Positions 10,300-24,499 of a DNA stretch of 63,744 nt are shown here, one piece after another. Where the stretch lies: the NCBI GenBank assembly GCA_977030845.1, contig OZ365109.1:36456257-36520000 (forward strand), given 5' to 3'. Under the pieces are notes generated by a model. It had not been told where the DNA came from. It made no database searches and saw nothing but the letters and a program-made list of their open reading frames with translations. Origin of the DNA: Fimbriosthenelais zetlandica. Taxonomy: Eukaryota. Positions within the stretch are counted from its first letter, which is position 1. Each line of letters begins with the position of its first letter. Made by a program: the position numbers and the translations under genes.

Positions 10300-13200
10300 T
10301 ATTATATGACAGCTATAGAATGGGTCATTTTATTGTATCCCATGCATAAACAATATTTGATGACTGTTTCCATTAATGCTTATCAATGCTTAATTGTCTC
10401 ATGCCAACACAATGTCGTGAGCATAAATTTTCTTTTCAAGAATCAAATAAAATCATTCTCCTTACACACCATTACAGCTAAAGATAATTTCATAATGGCA
10501 CGTGGGAAATTATTTCAGCGGAATGGTTGGGTTCCATCATCTTGGAAATTAATTTGAAAACTTAAAAAAAAACTGCGAGTATTCGTGATAATAAAACAAG
10601 CAATATTCAGTTTGATAACAGATGAGGAATGACGTATTGAGGCCAAGTGTGGAATCAGATGACTGCTTCTGGGGGGTTATTTGCTCTAGGGGAAACACAC
10701 TTGGAGGATGTCCCTTGCAGATTTGTTCCATCTCTTCTTTGGGTTTGGGCCGGAGCCGAATCTTTGAGACTAGACTATTGGTTGGATCCTATCCCCTGCT
10801 CTCTGATTGACTCACGTCCGTCCATTGGAGACCCATGTACACACCTCAAAACTCTACCCATTTTGAAACTTCAGTTTGGGGAAGTTTGATGACTATCTTT
10901 CCATGTTTAGCTGCTTTTAACTTTTCATAAATTTAGAAAGGGACAAAATTATACAATATTCATGCCCTTGTACAACCATATGCTAAATCTTTTTTTGTAC
11001 AATGCCCTGATTATGCAGCTAAGGAGAAACAGACAATTTGACTTATGGGAAATATATAACAAGATTGATAGGCAGAAGATAAGAAATCAAGACAAGTAAA
11101 TGATCTGGGAAGTACGATTCTTATACCTTGTCCATAAGTTTTGTACTCATAGTCCCATCTGAATCATTAACACAATCTTTTAATTTCCTAACTGTTGGGG
11201 TGAGCCATATGTGACAGATTGTTTTAGCAAGCAACAAAAAGTTGATAACTGCCTACAGCTCCAGATCAGCACCAATCTGATTAATTCCTTTAGATGAATT
11301 AGGCACAGGCGCGATCCAACTATGAGATCCAATGTCCACAAAGCTGTTTTTCCTGATGGGTATATTCCCACTAAGCCATTCTGCCCAAATGGAAACTATC
11401 CGATAGACTCCCTTCTGATGGGCAATTGACATGCGGCTGGCGACTATGACTTGGTGTAGACAGTATACTTTATATATATGGACCATTGGACATCACATTC
11501 TTAAGCCTGGACTCCACTGCTGCGATTTTGCTTGCGACACTACCGCGACAAAGGTGATGTTTGTGTCGCAATAAAATGTATAAATTTCGGTTGAAGTGTC
11601 CAAGGCCTTCCTTCAATGGTACATTTTTCTTTGCAACCCAATCATCACCTTTGTCGCAATAGTATCGCAAGCACAATCGCAGCAGTGGAGACCCTGCTTT
11701 AACCACAATGGATTCTTAAATATATGTTAGGAACATCTCCCTCATCTTGGGCAATCAGCCAGGCAAACTTTAAGGTGCCACATGTGGTGCAGTGATCGTG
11801 GCAAAACAAACCAAATCATTTTCATCTCTCTGTCTCTCCCTCCCATTCACTCCCTGTTCCTCCCATCTTCCCCTCTCTCCCCTCCCTCCCTCCCCCCTAC
11901 TTGTCTTAACAACGTTTCCTCCCAAGACTTTTGCTTCTACCCCGTCAAAGTCAGATGATAAAAGCTGATTAAATTCTCATTGTTTGCATTAATCCCAGCC
12001 TATCAGAGTTTGCCATCGCCTGTAATGTTAACCGAGTGGAGATTGATACCGAGTTTTGCAGCGTTATGAGACTGCCTGTCTCCTCTTTTTCTTACACAAT
12101 TCCTTCGTCCTTTTTAAAGAGTCCCTATTACAATAAGAGCAAACAAAAGACCCCTCCCGGACATGATTCGAAACTTTTGCTTTTGTCAATAAAGCCAAAT
12201 TTTATGATTGAGCAGAAGGGAAAAAAAGTGGTTCTTTGTGATTGGGACTTAGTTAAAACATTAAGTGCCCATATCAAAACTTGGTTTTTTCATTTTATTG
12301 AAATTTAAATCAGGATTTGAGAGAGAACGATCCAAGTGAATAAGAGTATACGGGGATCGATATGAGTCATATAATGAAAGAAAAGTTGAAGTTAGTATTA
12401 GTTAGGCCTAAACATCTGTATGGATATGAAATGTTTAGCAGCTCCTGTGATCTTAAGCCGTGATAGGGATGACTAATAATTAAGGCGTCCTGGTCAATAC
12501 TCGTATTGATCTCCTCCCCTCAATGATTCCAGCTTAGAACAATAAGTACAAGCTACTCCTAAATCAACCATAACCAGCACGGCCTTCTGTCGATGAAATC
12601 AATATGTTTGATGAATTACCCTGCTGCCCCGTTGACATTGCCCCGTACCCACCACCCATACCCCCACCCCCATACCCCCCACCCCCCGTACCCACCCCCA
12701 TACCTCTCTCTGTATACCCAGCCTTTCCTCCCACCTAATCCATCATAGCCGGGCTAGTCTCTGAGGCCAGGCAGCACACATACTTCATTTATTGATGTAT
12801 TGTTTTTATTATGAGATTAATTAAAGACTAGACTGGCTTTGTTCAGTAGCCAAGGTGTGTATCTGTATGGGGGTGGGGGAGGGTGGGAGGGGGGGGGGTG
12901 TATACCAGGTACATTGCTCCCTTAATACCCCTACTCTTCTAAATCCAATCTTCACCCATTATGGATTAGTCCTTAGCAAGATTAGGCCACTGTGGATTTT
13001 ATACCTGTTGTTGTTAGAGAATGTTCCAGATAAAAGATCTAAATGGTAACATAATTCCGACTGGATTTAATCCCTCCTCCCCTCTCTTTCAATCCCAATG
13101 GGGTTGTTATTTTCCAGAAGTATTGCCTTCATTTCATTCTCTTAAATTCATTGAACAATTTTGAAACTACTAGTTGTTTCCTGCAATCATTTTTGTTCCG

Positions 13201-13450
13201 GTTTAAATTGTGTCTGTCCATCTGAAATTGTACTCAGATATTAATCATTGGTTCACGTTCAAATTTTCATTTTGAAGGTCTTAATTTTAATAAGATCTTG
13301 GTCTTTGTTCTGGAGGAAGATTGAGGATTTAAAGGGCCTGGCAATGTGTACAATAAACAGTGGGATAATGTGTGTCTGGCAGAAATAAATCAAAATAAGA
13401 TAGAAAATAAGATTCTTTTCATATTATATTAACCCCCTATTCTAGAGTGG
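10300..13450 (-). mobile_element. Decayed DIRS-like remnant(s): RT, RNase H, MT, YR start; possibly two copies
   Basis: Minus strand: KTFKMKI (~13250-13280, like HFKME), CYHLDLL, KIGF; STEGRAGYG (~12570-12595, like TDAS..GWG); IWAEWLSGNIPI (ORF 11253-11486); V*FCPFLNL*KV (~10915-10955, like YAFPPF.LI.KV). Confidence 0.5.
11504..11698. mobile_element. MITE family D (PIF/Harbinger-like, TTA TSD)
   Basis: tta|agcctggactccactgctgcgattttgcttgcga ... tcgcaagcacaatcgcagcagtggagaccctgct|tta; five copies in the window. Confidence 0.92.
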
Positions 13451-13519
13451 CCCTCTGTAATTGAAGGGAATTTTGATATTCAAAATCAGATAGAATTCTA
13501 GGATGGGTAACATCGGTAA

Positions 13520-13749
13520 AGCCCGACATCCACCAGCCCGATTTTCATCCCGATTTTGCGATCACAGGCGATCAGAACCACCAAAAAAGATCCGTTCCGA
13601 TGATCGGGCTGGTGGATGCCAAAATCTTGGGATCGGCGCCGATTTGTCAATAGCAAATCAATAGAGAAATGATCTGTAACGACTATATTTTGATCTGTGC
13701 CGATCACAAAAATCGGTGCCCTCAAAGATCGTACAGTGGATTTCGGGCT
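13520..13749. mobile_element. MITE family E
   Basis: TIR agcccgacatccac / gtggatttcgggct, flanks taa/tta, gatc-rich interior; single copy here. Confidence 0.75.
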
Positions 13750-14149
13750 TTACTCTTGTATTCCCTGTGTGCTTCCAGTTGTACATAGACTCCACTTGCC
13801 TCTCTCTCTATATATAAATGTTCATACATGGGTACAAATTGATGTAAACAGACACATACGAAACATAGACCCCCTCCTCCTCCCGCTTTCTGAACTCCAG
13901 GCAGGTAGAGAAGGCCCAGGGAGGCAGGTAGGATCGGATCTTGGAGCGGAGAGGGACTCGCTGGATCCCATCCTGAAACATAATGGACCATAGCTTTATG
14001 TGGGGAGTACATGCACCGACTACATTATAATTCCTGACTGATTAGTCAGGGGAATACTAGCCCCCCTGGCCACACAGGCTGTGTGGGGGGAAGCAGACTC
14101 CATGGGTGGTGGTTGGGAATAGAAATATAGGGAAATAGGGGACTTGGAG

Positions 14150-17100
14150 CTTTAAAATGGCTTTTTCCACCTAAAGTTCCACCGAAAAAGACCTCACTGA
14201 CAGAGGCATACGTGTATATGATTATGATCAAAGTCACGATTGCTGGGAGTATGTCTGTAATGCTATTAGTGCCGAGCGTGAAGTATTAGCACATTCCATC
14301 ATGTCGTCCTATAGTCGCTGGCCATAATTGAAGCCCGTACTGCACTAAGTCGCAGGCCGTGGTGGATTTCAGGCCCCTGCTGCAATATTAGAGCCGTGAA
14401 CTATTTAACTGCCGACAATGCCCCAATCTAAGAGCAATTTTCCATCACTAAAGGACTTATCACGTTGAATATTGCCCTTAATTAGGCCAGATTTTCCACG
14501 TGCTGCCCTCCCTTTGCTTCTAATCCAATAATCAAGAGGTTTCTCCGCCTTCTTCATTTTCTGGAGTCTGTCAGGTCTGCTTAAGTCCTCTTTTCCTTCC
14601 AAATGGAAGCTGAATCTAGTCTACTGACATGCAGGGGGAAAATAATATAAAGACTCATACTGCCTATAGCTCGCCACCATGGCAGTCTTATTATCTATGC
14701 TTCAAATACCTCAGTCTCTGAGACCAAACCTTCATTCAATAAATACACGATCAACGATTACTGAGCCTCAGACGTCTCTCTACCTTATACCTCAGGGCTC
14801 GTACCACCTTTGATGTGGTAATTTGCTGACATCTCATATCAGTGTTGCTTTCTTTTTTTTCCAATTGGCATCAAAGGACATTTTCCTCCCATGTGAACGC
14901 TATCAGAAATTGGTCAGAATATTGGGGTAAAAACGGCAGCCAAGACCGCAAGCTGTCTCTATCTGATATGATGTGACAGTCATATTCTGTGATTTCTTTC
15001 CTCGTCATGGGCCATAGTGTGTCAGTGTTGTATTCAGGAAGATTCATAAAGTATAGAAGGGTTAGATTGGTACATTATTTAACACTCGAAAGAAGAAATC
15101 TGCCCTTCTGGTCTAAGATAATTTTAGATGATGTTAAATAATTCTTCTTGAATTTAGTAGTATAATAGCACAGGACTGACACCAGACACCAGACAAAATA
15201 TATTACCTAGATGTAAGTTAATTGAAGATTGAAGCCTGATTGTGGACCATTTGCTATCGAAAAGCAATAAAGATGCCAAACACCAATACATCAATCTTCG
15301 CATAACCATTCTCAGTACAGTGGCTTGCTCGCTCGGCACTCAGCAATAAGAGGGCAGCGCTATGGCTGGTCGGCCTGGTGTCAGAATAATATGACTGGGT
15401 GAGATATCATGTCATGTGTCTGCGACGTGATACCTCAGTGAGGCTGAATTATAAAGGAGCATTGGGCTCACTGTCACAAGTAGGCACCGTCATGATATAA
15501 CCGAAAAATTATTGAAAGTGACGTTAAACAAGGTTCCATTCAATCACAATCGCATAAGCATTCGCTCTTATAGGTCTAATTTTATGTAGTCTTATTTCTT
15601 TATTAGTTAACAGAAAAACCCCCAAATTTACAAACCCTCTATATGTGTAGGCATTTCCCCCATATTCCGTCAAGAATGACGACTTGATCATCACCCTTCG
15701 CTCTCATCTTTTCCACTTGAAGCAGAACCATCCTGATTGCTCTGCCCATGAGCCTATATGTACATACTACGTGTTGATTCATTCCTCCACTATTGTATCA
15801 TCCCTCCCTTTTGCAAACGACAAATCTAGATTTCCAGACGGTCCCAAAGACGACTGAATGTCAGCAAAGACTGGATGTCAGTTGGCATGATGATGGATGG
15901 ATGTGATGTGATGCGAGATCTGGATGTGTTCTGACATTGCTGATGAGTTCTGACATTGGCAGTCCTCAGATAATTTGTAAGCTTAATGAGTAGGGACAAT
16001 ATAACATCTCCCCCGAGTTGCATGACACAGAGGGATGTAGACAAGGACACAAACGACTATTGGGTCTGATTCACATGGGCAGTGGGATAGTATTCAACCC
16101 GATACGTCCCAGGGTCAGGGACTGCCTCAGAAATCCCCCAAAACATGTCTTTCCACAGATCGTATGGTGGATTGCAATGCATTGTCACCGTCCCAGACAT
16201 GGGGACTATCTCTCGGGAGTTTTTCAATAGATACCCGACTTTAGCCAATAGATCATTTGTTGATATAGCATAACTTTGTAGTTGTAGCCGCAGGCCATAG
16301 AAATCCAACAGCTTCTTTCCTAGTGGTTGCGATAAGACACTCTTTGTTGCAGCCACATTAAAACCCAATGAACCTTTTAAAAACATTGTTGTCATGAAAG
16401 AACCCTTGTCATCATGGTAGAAAACATGCATGATGACATGAACACTGCATTCTAATTATCTTATCCCCACCAACATCCTCAAGATAAGATACCATGGATA
16501 AATCAATTGCTCTAAAAATTCTTAAGCCCCCCCCCCCTCCTCTTTTTTTCCTTCGCCATGTAGTTCTGACTCATCAGTGGCTCAGCAGTGGGTTTTACGT
16601 TCCCTCGTCTAATTTCTCTAGGTACCCCGGTTTTTTAAGAGTCAGCGTCCAAGGACTTGTCAATGTATGGGATCCAATGTCAAAGGGACTTCTTCCTTCT
16701 GTAGCCCCCCGCCTGAAAATAGCTTCCTCCCTCGATCCCTGCAATAGATCAGTGGTGTCTTTTATGAGATGGATTGCAAGATGAAGAACACTCATGTATA
16801 GAACTTTAAAATCCCTAAGGGCACACTTGTACGTTTATCCCTTTGGGTCAGGCTTTAGCGGGCAACCAGTTTTTTTAGTTTTACTCCGGAGGAATATTTG
16901 ATGCATCTAGCGAAAGTAGGCAAATAGAAAAACCAAGAACTGTACTGATTGAATTAATCTATATTATAGATAAAAAGTCCTAAAGAATGATGATTGGATT
17001 TGTCAGTTTTAAACTCACCAAGTGGGCAGTAAATGTATAATTTATTGCTATCGATTGTTGGACCTTTTATGCAAAGCAAATCTGGTGGAGAGGGCATTTG

Positions 17101-17600
17101 GCTTGTCTGTTGGAGGAATAGGATAGATTTGTCCCTCCAGCATTTAATGCGGGGAATAGACCGTTTAGGCCCAACTCCGCATTAGATAACCAAACAAGCG
17201 AGTGGAAAAAAGGGAAAACATTGCAAACGGGTTCAGATTTAACCCCTCGCTGTCTAACATTAAATCAATAAGCACCAGGCTACAGATGTTATCTATCCCT
17301 CCAGGAAATTTCCATAAAGCAATAAATAGCCGAGGACCAAGTTAATCAATGGGGCATTACTTGCTCCAATGTTTTGGTGCAAAATGAACGACCGGGTGTC
17401 TTTAAAGAAAACAATACCCCCACATGCCTTTTCCCTGGTGGTGTGCACACCCAATTGGCGACAAATTCAAAGCTATATGACCAGTAATTTTTCAGGCAAC
17501 GATAATCTACTCCTCTTAATATGGACAAAATCATTCCTTGATATTTTCCCGTCTCGGCGCTGTTTAAGGCAATATTTACCAGATTTACCTTGAGGCTTGG
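14150..17600 (-). mobile_element. Decayed DIRS-order retrotransposon (RT to YR)
   Basis: Minus strand: FRAIDLSMVSYLEDVGG (~16466-16515, RT YxDD region); LGFNVAATKSVL (ORF 16057-16431, like LGF.IN..KS.L); PFDIG..SPWTL; HGLR (~14350-14362, YR H..R) followed by a DDMMECAN-like segment. Confidence 0.65.
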
Positions 17601-18436
17601 AGCTGGTAGATATGTCTCATATGCAACCCCTCGACCTCAAGGAACATATATACTTGTACTGCTAATGGCCTGAGAGTAATATGCCTATCAATATTCATAC
17701 CCCGAAGCGGGTATACCTAGACTCAATCATCTTCTGTAATTAGTCCTCAATTTGCAACGATCAAGATATAAGCAGGCAGTTTTACTTGGCAAATAGTTCG
17801 GGCGAAGTAACCCATGCCCATAATATCCCTGACTTAAGTGGCATTGAATTTAAATCGGATCTTTGACTGATCAGTGAAGAAGGGAGTAAACATACCTCAA
17901 ACTGTTGGGAAAACAAGAGGAAGAGAATTTCCAGAAAGGAAAATTAGATTAGATTCAGTTGCCCTGGTTTTTGTCCTATTACCAGCTGAATTCTGATGGA
18001 TATCACAACCGGGCGACCTGTTCCTTAATGACTACGAGTGGGGAGGAATGTTTTTTTGTGTTGATTATTACAATTATATCGCATTCAATTACACATAACT
18101 GATTGCCATATTATCCACTTCTTATACCGCTGCCTTATTGGGGTCTGAGATTAAGGGGTGATTTCTGCAGTAGTTCCCACACTAGACGATTTATGTTGAC
18201 GCCTGTCTTTTTGTCTTCCTTTCAGGCTTGATATCCTCTTAAATCACGCCTTAAAGATTCTGTCATAGAGGTGTATGAGATAAGAGGTGTAGATAGAACA
18301 TCTCTAGATTAATTTCCCCCTATCTGTAGGATCCTTTGATATCTAGATCGCCAGTGTTTTCATTATCCAGCCTCTCGTTTATCAAAACCAAGATAGATCT
18401 CCGCATTCTAGTTTTATACAGGACTACTACACATTA

Positions 18437-18768
18437 GGGCCATTGCAGAGATTCTGTCTTAGGGCCATATTAGTTCGATTGCAGAAGTTCTGTCTTAAGA
18501 GCGTCTTGATCTAAGAATCTTGGAGGCATGAGATGCATTGCAGAACGGCTGTCGCATCTTAAGTCACTTTCGCAAATAATAGTCAAAGCAATGGTAAAAA
18601 CTGACTTAAGATGGAACTAAGATGGTTTAAGAGGGTGTTATTCATGGGTCTTGTACTATCTTGAATTTGATCTCAGATGAGACAATCTTAGGAGACTTAT
18701 TTGCGAGGGTTGTCTCAAACCCGCCTATTCTGCAATGCGTTTCTGCCATCTTAAACATCTGCAATGGG
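18437..18768. mobile_element. Probable MITE with ccattgcaga termini
   Basis: ccattgcaga ... tctgcaatgg inverted ends, preceded by tta; internal cttaagat repeats. Right boundary ambiguous. Confidence 0.4.
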
Positions 18769-19077
18769 AGTATCAATCTGCTTTTCGTTGTTGGGAGTTT
18801 GAATTAACCAAAATAACACTCAATTAAACTAAAAACGCTATAAAATATTCCATGATGTATATACTGTTGACTATAACCTCTGAACTAACCCGAGAAAGCT
18901 CTTTAAATATTAAATAAATCCTATGCAAATATGTGCTATAAGTTGAGAGGGGAATATAATGTATTCTGCTGACCTCTGAGACTGCATAAGGTGGATGTAA
19001 GAAATCAGTCTATCCATCACTATGGTGTCCTTTTGGGAGAAGCAGATGGTTGAATTTCTGGTTGTCATCTGTTGCAG

Positions 19078-19184
19078 AGACAACTATGTGAGGAAACTCC
19101 AGCGGCAGGAGGAGATGAGGAGGGTGAGGGAGGAGATCGAGCGTCAACAGGAGGAAGAGAATATCAGGAAAGAACAAGAACAAG
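19078..19184 (+). CDS. Internal coding exon, charged coiled-coil (DNYVRKLQRQEEMRRVREEIERQQEEENIRKEQEQ)
   Basis: Acceptor ttgtcatctgttgcag|, donor CAAG|gtaggt, 107 nt open, phase 2 to phase 1, protein-like E/R/Q composition. Confidence 0.85.
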
Positions 19185-19239
19185 GTAGGTCAACTAGTGG
19201 GTTTTATATTCATGAAACCGGATCTACTGTCCCCCAACT

Positions 19240-19410
19240 TACTCTATCTCTCACCTCTCTACCTCTCCCTCTCTACCACTCTCTTCAAACTACAGGCTTA
19301 TTGTCCTCTCTCTCTTCCTTTCTCTCTTCTTTCTCTTTCTCTCTCACTCTCTCTCCCTCTCTCTCCCTCTCTCTCATCTCTCAATATATCTCTCCCTGCC
19401 ATCCTCTCTC
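19240..19410. repeat. CT-rich microsatellite tract
   Basis: Direct reading; runs into the gap. Confidence 0.95.
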
Positions 19411-19662
19411 NNNNNNNNNNNNNNNNNNNNNNNNNNNNNNNNNNNNNNNNNNNNNNNNNNNNNNNNNNNNNNNNNNNNNNNNNNNNNNNNNNNNNNNNNN
19501 NNNNNNNNNNNNNNNNNNNNNNNNNNNNNNNNNNNNNNNNNNNNNNNNNNNNNNNNNNNNNNNNNNNNNNNNNNNNNNNNNNNNNNNNNNNNNNNNNNNN
19601 NNNNNNNNNNNNNNNNNNNNNNNNNNNNNNNNNNNNNNNNNNNNNNNNNNNNNNNNNNNNNN
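19411..19662. other. Assembly gap (N run)
   Basis: Run of N. Confidence 1.
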
Positions 19663-20349
19663 CCCTCCCCGACTACCGACTATCAGTTTTTATCAGTATT
19701 GCCCAGCTTAATTCAGCAAAGGTCCGATCGTTCAGCACTGCTGAAGATCGGGTCCAGTCCCCTGCAGATTGGCTCTTGTGAACTGGACATACTTCCGTCC
19801 AGACCCAATCTTTTCAGTATCGTCACTCCTGAAAAGGAGACGACGCGTCTTGGCCACTACTCGCTCACGTCCATGACTAGTTCAATGTCGGCTTACACCG
19901 GCAGCGACATATTTTTCATGAGAAATCTCAATAATTATTACAATGGCAGACCAATAAGTGATGGCTGTCAGGTCGCCAGGCAATGTATTAGTATGGCGGT
20001 GCGAGTTATTTTTAGTTTCGTAGAATCTCTTATCATGCCGGCTGTAGTTGTGGATATTATTCTGAAACCTGATCATACTGGAGTTTCTTCTTTCATTGAT
20101 ATGATTTTTACTTTTTTGTATTTTTTGCTGACATTTCCTTCAGACTGACTGAAGAAGGAAATGGCGTATTGTCTCGACTGAGACTGGGAATAAATGTCGT
20201 TCCTTTGGCTTTAATCTTGACAGCAAATAACTTGCCCAGTATTGTCTGTCTAGCACTGCGCTAGTACATATCTGTGATGTTGTGAAATAATACATGTTTC
20301 ATTTCACTATATAGGAAGACCCAGTAATAAGATTTATATTTCAGTACTG

Positions 20350-23300
20350 ATTTTAACATTGACTACATAATATGGCTTCAAGTTACCATATATGTAGTTG
20401 GAAATTGTATCTCATGTTCTTTTTTTCGCTTCAACCAGGAACATGTTATTCCATTGTAGCCTTTGCTAAAGAATAGTAACTGTGAGTTATAGCAGAATAT
20501 CCTGCCCTGCCAGGCAACAATATGTTCCCTTTTACAGTTAGCAGCGATCTGGAAGGCTTTATAGATGCAAAGGATGTTAAAAGGAAGTCTCTGCTGAGAG
20601 AGAGACAATTACTGCCCGTAAATCTTGCTGCTAGTTTTTGAGTTGCCCGCTTCATTCTCTATCTATATCGCTATAGGTATATTTTTAATTTTACTAATAT
20701 GTCAGCGATTAAACGTGGCATAGAATTTGTTGCTGTACTTAAGCATTTGCGACAAGAGACGATAGCATCTTAATTCGGAGTTATGTCTGGTCGATGTTTT
20801 GTCCTTCGACTAATGTGATTTCTTCACGTTATATTGCCTGTTGTGTTGCATTTTAAACAAATTATACTTAAAGTGGCAGCATTTATATCAAAATATGGCA
20901 CACTATTATAGAAAGAAGAGAATATGGAAGCTTGGTATATCTGCCTATAATGTAGTAGCTCCACTGGATTTTTTGTTGCAACTGCCGAAAGTGTAATGGC
21001 ACTAGCATGGGCTTGAAATTTGTGAAGGTTGTCTATATTGTGCTCTATTTGCGAGTGGTTGTTGAGACTGTAGAATAGTCAGACATATTGGCTCGCCGCA
21101 ACAAAATCGCAACACCCGCGAAGCTAATAATGGAGCAAGCCATTTTAAGAAGCTCTGTATAACAGTATAATTGACATTCATTCGGTTACATTCATTCCAA
21201 ATTTCATTCCATATCTGTCTGAATTCAATACCCCAGACTCACAATATGTTTTCCCCTCAGTGAAATGACTTTGGGGGGTATATACATGCAAAATGATTTC
21301 TAAAAACCTGAAAACAATCATCAAAATGCTCTGTGCTCTGCATTGATGTTTTCACAATGCATGAGTATCTCTTGAAATGTTGATCTTAATACATTAAACC
21401 CCAGGCAGTTACTAAAGGAGCTAATTAAACCACCTGATAACAATTTCCACTAATTAGGACATATCAGTTACTTTGATGCCTTGGATATGAGACTCTCAAA
21501 TTGCTTTCAGTACTGAAGAGATCTCCGACTCGGCTTTGATTTGTAGTCCCATTACATTACATCATCTTGCCGACATTTGGGCATCCAGAAAGGGATTGTA
21601 TTAATTAATGAATGAGAACAACTGCCATCCTCATTGCGACATTAATTTTCCTGGCCGGAAGTCGACTCCCCGTGAAAATAACCCCGGAAGAGATCCATCT
21701 TTTGATTTGCTAATATCCTTGCTAATGCTCCAAAATAAACTATCACTTTCATCTCTCTATTAATGAGGGGTACTTTTTTTAATGTGTAACTCCCTCCTAA
21801 AGGTGAGCTTGCTTCATATGCCTCCCTCAACCCGACCCGCTGCTTTCTCCGGGGAGCATCAGTTGCTGTCGAGAAGGATCCAATGGGAAATCAATTCATG
21901 CAGACATGACGAGTTGTAATCTTTCCAATTTGGCCATTCATTTCACGGTGAAGTTCATATTAGATTAAAGTATTTTAGGTGATTTAGTACGTTGTATTTT
22001 TTCCACTAAATCCTGGGAGACTGACACCGAATGGACCAGGCTTTGCCTCTGTTTGTATATGCCTTTTGATTATACAGTAAGCAAATAACAGCATTCAATA
22101 TCATTTATTGTAGCTTTGGTTTTTCTTGTGTCGACCACCAAATATATATTATACTGGTCATTGTACACACCAAGGGCTTTTAGCCTATCGTAGTACAACA
22201 CCCAGATTATCAGGATGTTGTACAAGTAAGTCGTCCATGGCGAGGGTCGGCGAGGGTACCCTCGTCGAGCGATTGTATTGTACAAGCGATTGTATTGTAC
22301 AAGCAATATTGTACAAGAAAACAATACTTGAACAAAGCAAACGCTCGACGAGATTGCCCTCGCCGACCCTCGCCATTGGCGAGGTTCCTTGTACAATTGA
22401 ATATGTAATTCATTTGCCGCTGTTAAACTAAAGAAGAAACCATCAAACAATAGCGTAAATTGTTTGCTGAGTGTATGCATGCCTTTAGTGTTGTTCAGGG
22501 ATTGTCTTGCTCTGTTTCCATCATATCCGTGACTACAGGTGATTGAGAGATTTCCATATTAACGTCCACATTGTATGGAACCTAAGCTGACTTCCATTGA
22601 CATTGATTGCTACTGATATGATTATCTAAAGGCAGAAAATAAGTCTTCAATTATACGCTTTGATTGATCGATTGACTACACTTTTCAGAGAGATATAGGC
22701 AATACTGGGCAGCTTCTAGACACCAAGCCTTACCAGCCCCTGGTGATCAGGGGGAGGAGGAAGGAGAGGAGGAACAGCCAATCCCTCAGAGGAACAGCCC
22801 ACCCCCTCCGGGCACGGTGCCCGACGCAGGTCGGTGGTCCACGCATGACACATGGGTTAAGCGCATGTGGCCATCCTTTGTCAGCCATCTGTTATTCAAG
22901 TGGAGTTTGTCTTCAGACAATTCAAACCCATTCCCTCCTTCTCACAAAAAAAACAAAAGCAAATCCATTTACCTCAAGAAATTTTATTTGCTCCTTTATG
23001 ATTTTTAGGGAAAAATTGATTCCGTAATCCCTTAGGTGCATGCCATTTGATGAATGGTTATCATATGGGATTTTTTTTTTATTGGAAACATTTCGGGAAA
23101 ATCGATGCCGCCTTTCAAGAGCATAACGACGGGTTGACTGATCGAACTTGCTAAAATTTGATCCCGAGTTGCAGGATGAAAAGATAACGTTTAAGCTTGG
23201 AAAAAAGTTTGTGGTTAATGGGAGTGGAAGTGTGATTCAAACTGGGAAACATGTGAATGCTTGCAGATCAAGGGACAGTTTGTTTTCCTTCCCTCGCCCA

Positions 23301-23500
23301 TTGTTTCATTTCACATTGAATTTAAGAAACCAACAAAAAAAGAACTCCTCCTGTTTTCCCTTCAGTAGTTTTCCATTCATTTGTCCCTCGTCTTCTAATT
23401 CTGGATCCTGCCTTTCAAATTGATGAGCACTCCATCTTTTGTTTTTGTTTGAGGAAGTGGGGAGGAAAACGTGATTGTGTCCTCCATAATAAATCCCATT
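20350..23500 (-). mobile_element. Decayed DIRS1-like retrotransposon (RT thumb, RH, MT, YR) with a MITE A insertion
   Basis: Minus strand in correct order: LRDYGINFSLKIIKEQIKFLEV (~22970-23037); KMDLFRG (~21690-21710); FLDAQ; IRWFN*LL; IWNEIWNEC..IQSFLKWL (~21150-21212); RHNSEL (20771-20788); SIKPSRS..ITHS (ORF 20446-20655). Confidence 0.7.
22216..22396. mobile_element. MITE family A copy
   Basis: tgttgtacaa...gagggtcggcgagggtaccctcgtcgag ... ccctcgccgaccctcgccattggcgagg..ttgtacaa. Confidence 0.9.
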
Positions 23501-24499
23501 CTTTCAGACCATAAATGATTTATGTGTCACCTGTCACAACTAATGTGTCACCTTCTGGCCCTTCTTTTACAACAATCAGCCGGGACAAGTCTCCGTATAT
23601 ATAAACACATGAATCCTTGGCCCAACACAAGACAAACTCCACTGATGACATCCTTAGGTTGAGAAATTTATGTGACTTAGTCATTAATTAGTCTTTTGCA
23701 GATTACTTGGACATAATTAGATGCTGTTGTAGAAGCTCCCCCTCCTTTATTGCGAAGGGATAATACGGGGACCTGCATTATTTTCAGAATTAGGATTTTT
23801 AATTTGGAGTAGACATCCTTGGAGTTGACAGCTCGATGTTGGCTGGAGGACTTGTAATCTCTAGTGACGCATGTACGTTGCAAGACTTGCAGCAGACTTG
23901 CAGCAAACTTGCAGCATGTTCTCCTCTTCCTCCTCCAGTCCACAGTTAACTGTAGACTTGTTAATTGTTGTGTCTTATTACTTGTTAATTGAACCATTAA
24001 CAGTCAGTTTTTATTTTTGGATTTTTAGTTCTTCATCAGTCAGTGTTAGCGGTTAGTCTGTCTTGCAGTTTGGCAGTAGGAGTCGTGCACTTCCTGATTA
24101 TCTCATGACTAGAATGCCGCAGAAAGTTTTACTGGGAAAATGTCATTCAAGAATGACTTCATTCTCTTGTTTTTTCTGCTATCATTACAAGTAACAATTT
24201 GCCTAAGATTATTTAAGTTGTCAACAATGAATGTTATGATGATGTATTCCATTGTTGTTTATGACATCTTTAATTTCTTTGAGATGTCCAGTGCATTACA
24301 AATAACATTACAATGTGCATTACAATTTTAGGTACACGGAAATCTGCACTCTTTCATTTTAATAATCCATATTGAACTTAATTCATATTAGCCCTCGCAA
24401 ACTCAATTTCGGGAGAGCAAAGAATGATACTAATGTTCTTTTTCATTTCATGCACTGGATGTCTATTCTAAACTTACTCAGTCCATCTATTATTTGAGT

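Noticed and set aside
11470-11706. Recurrent KIAAVE ORFs (also 39043-39459 and 40958-41238)
   Set aside because: They are translations of MITE D TIRs.
19022-19781. 229-aa and 194-aa ORFs as whole genes
   Set aside because: They run through a CT tract and an N gap; only 19078-19184 has splice signals and protein-like content.
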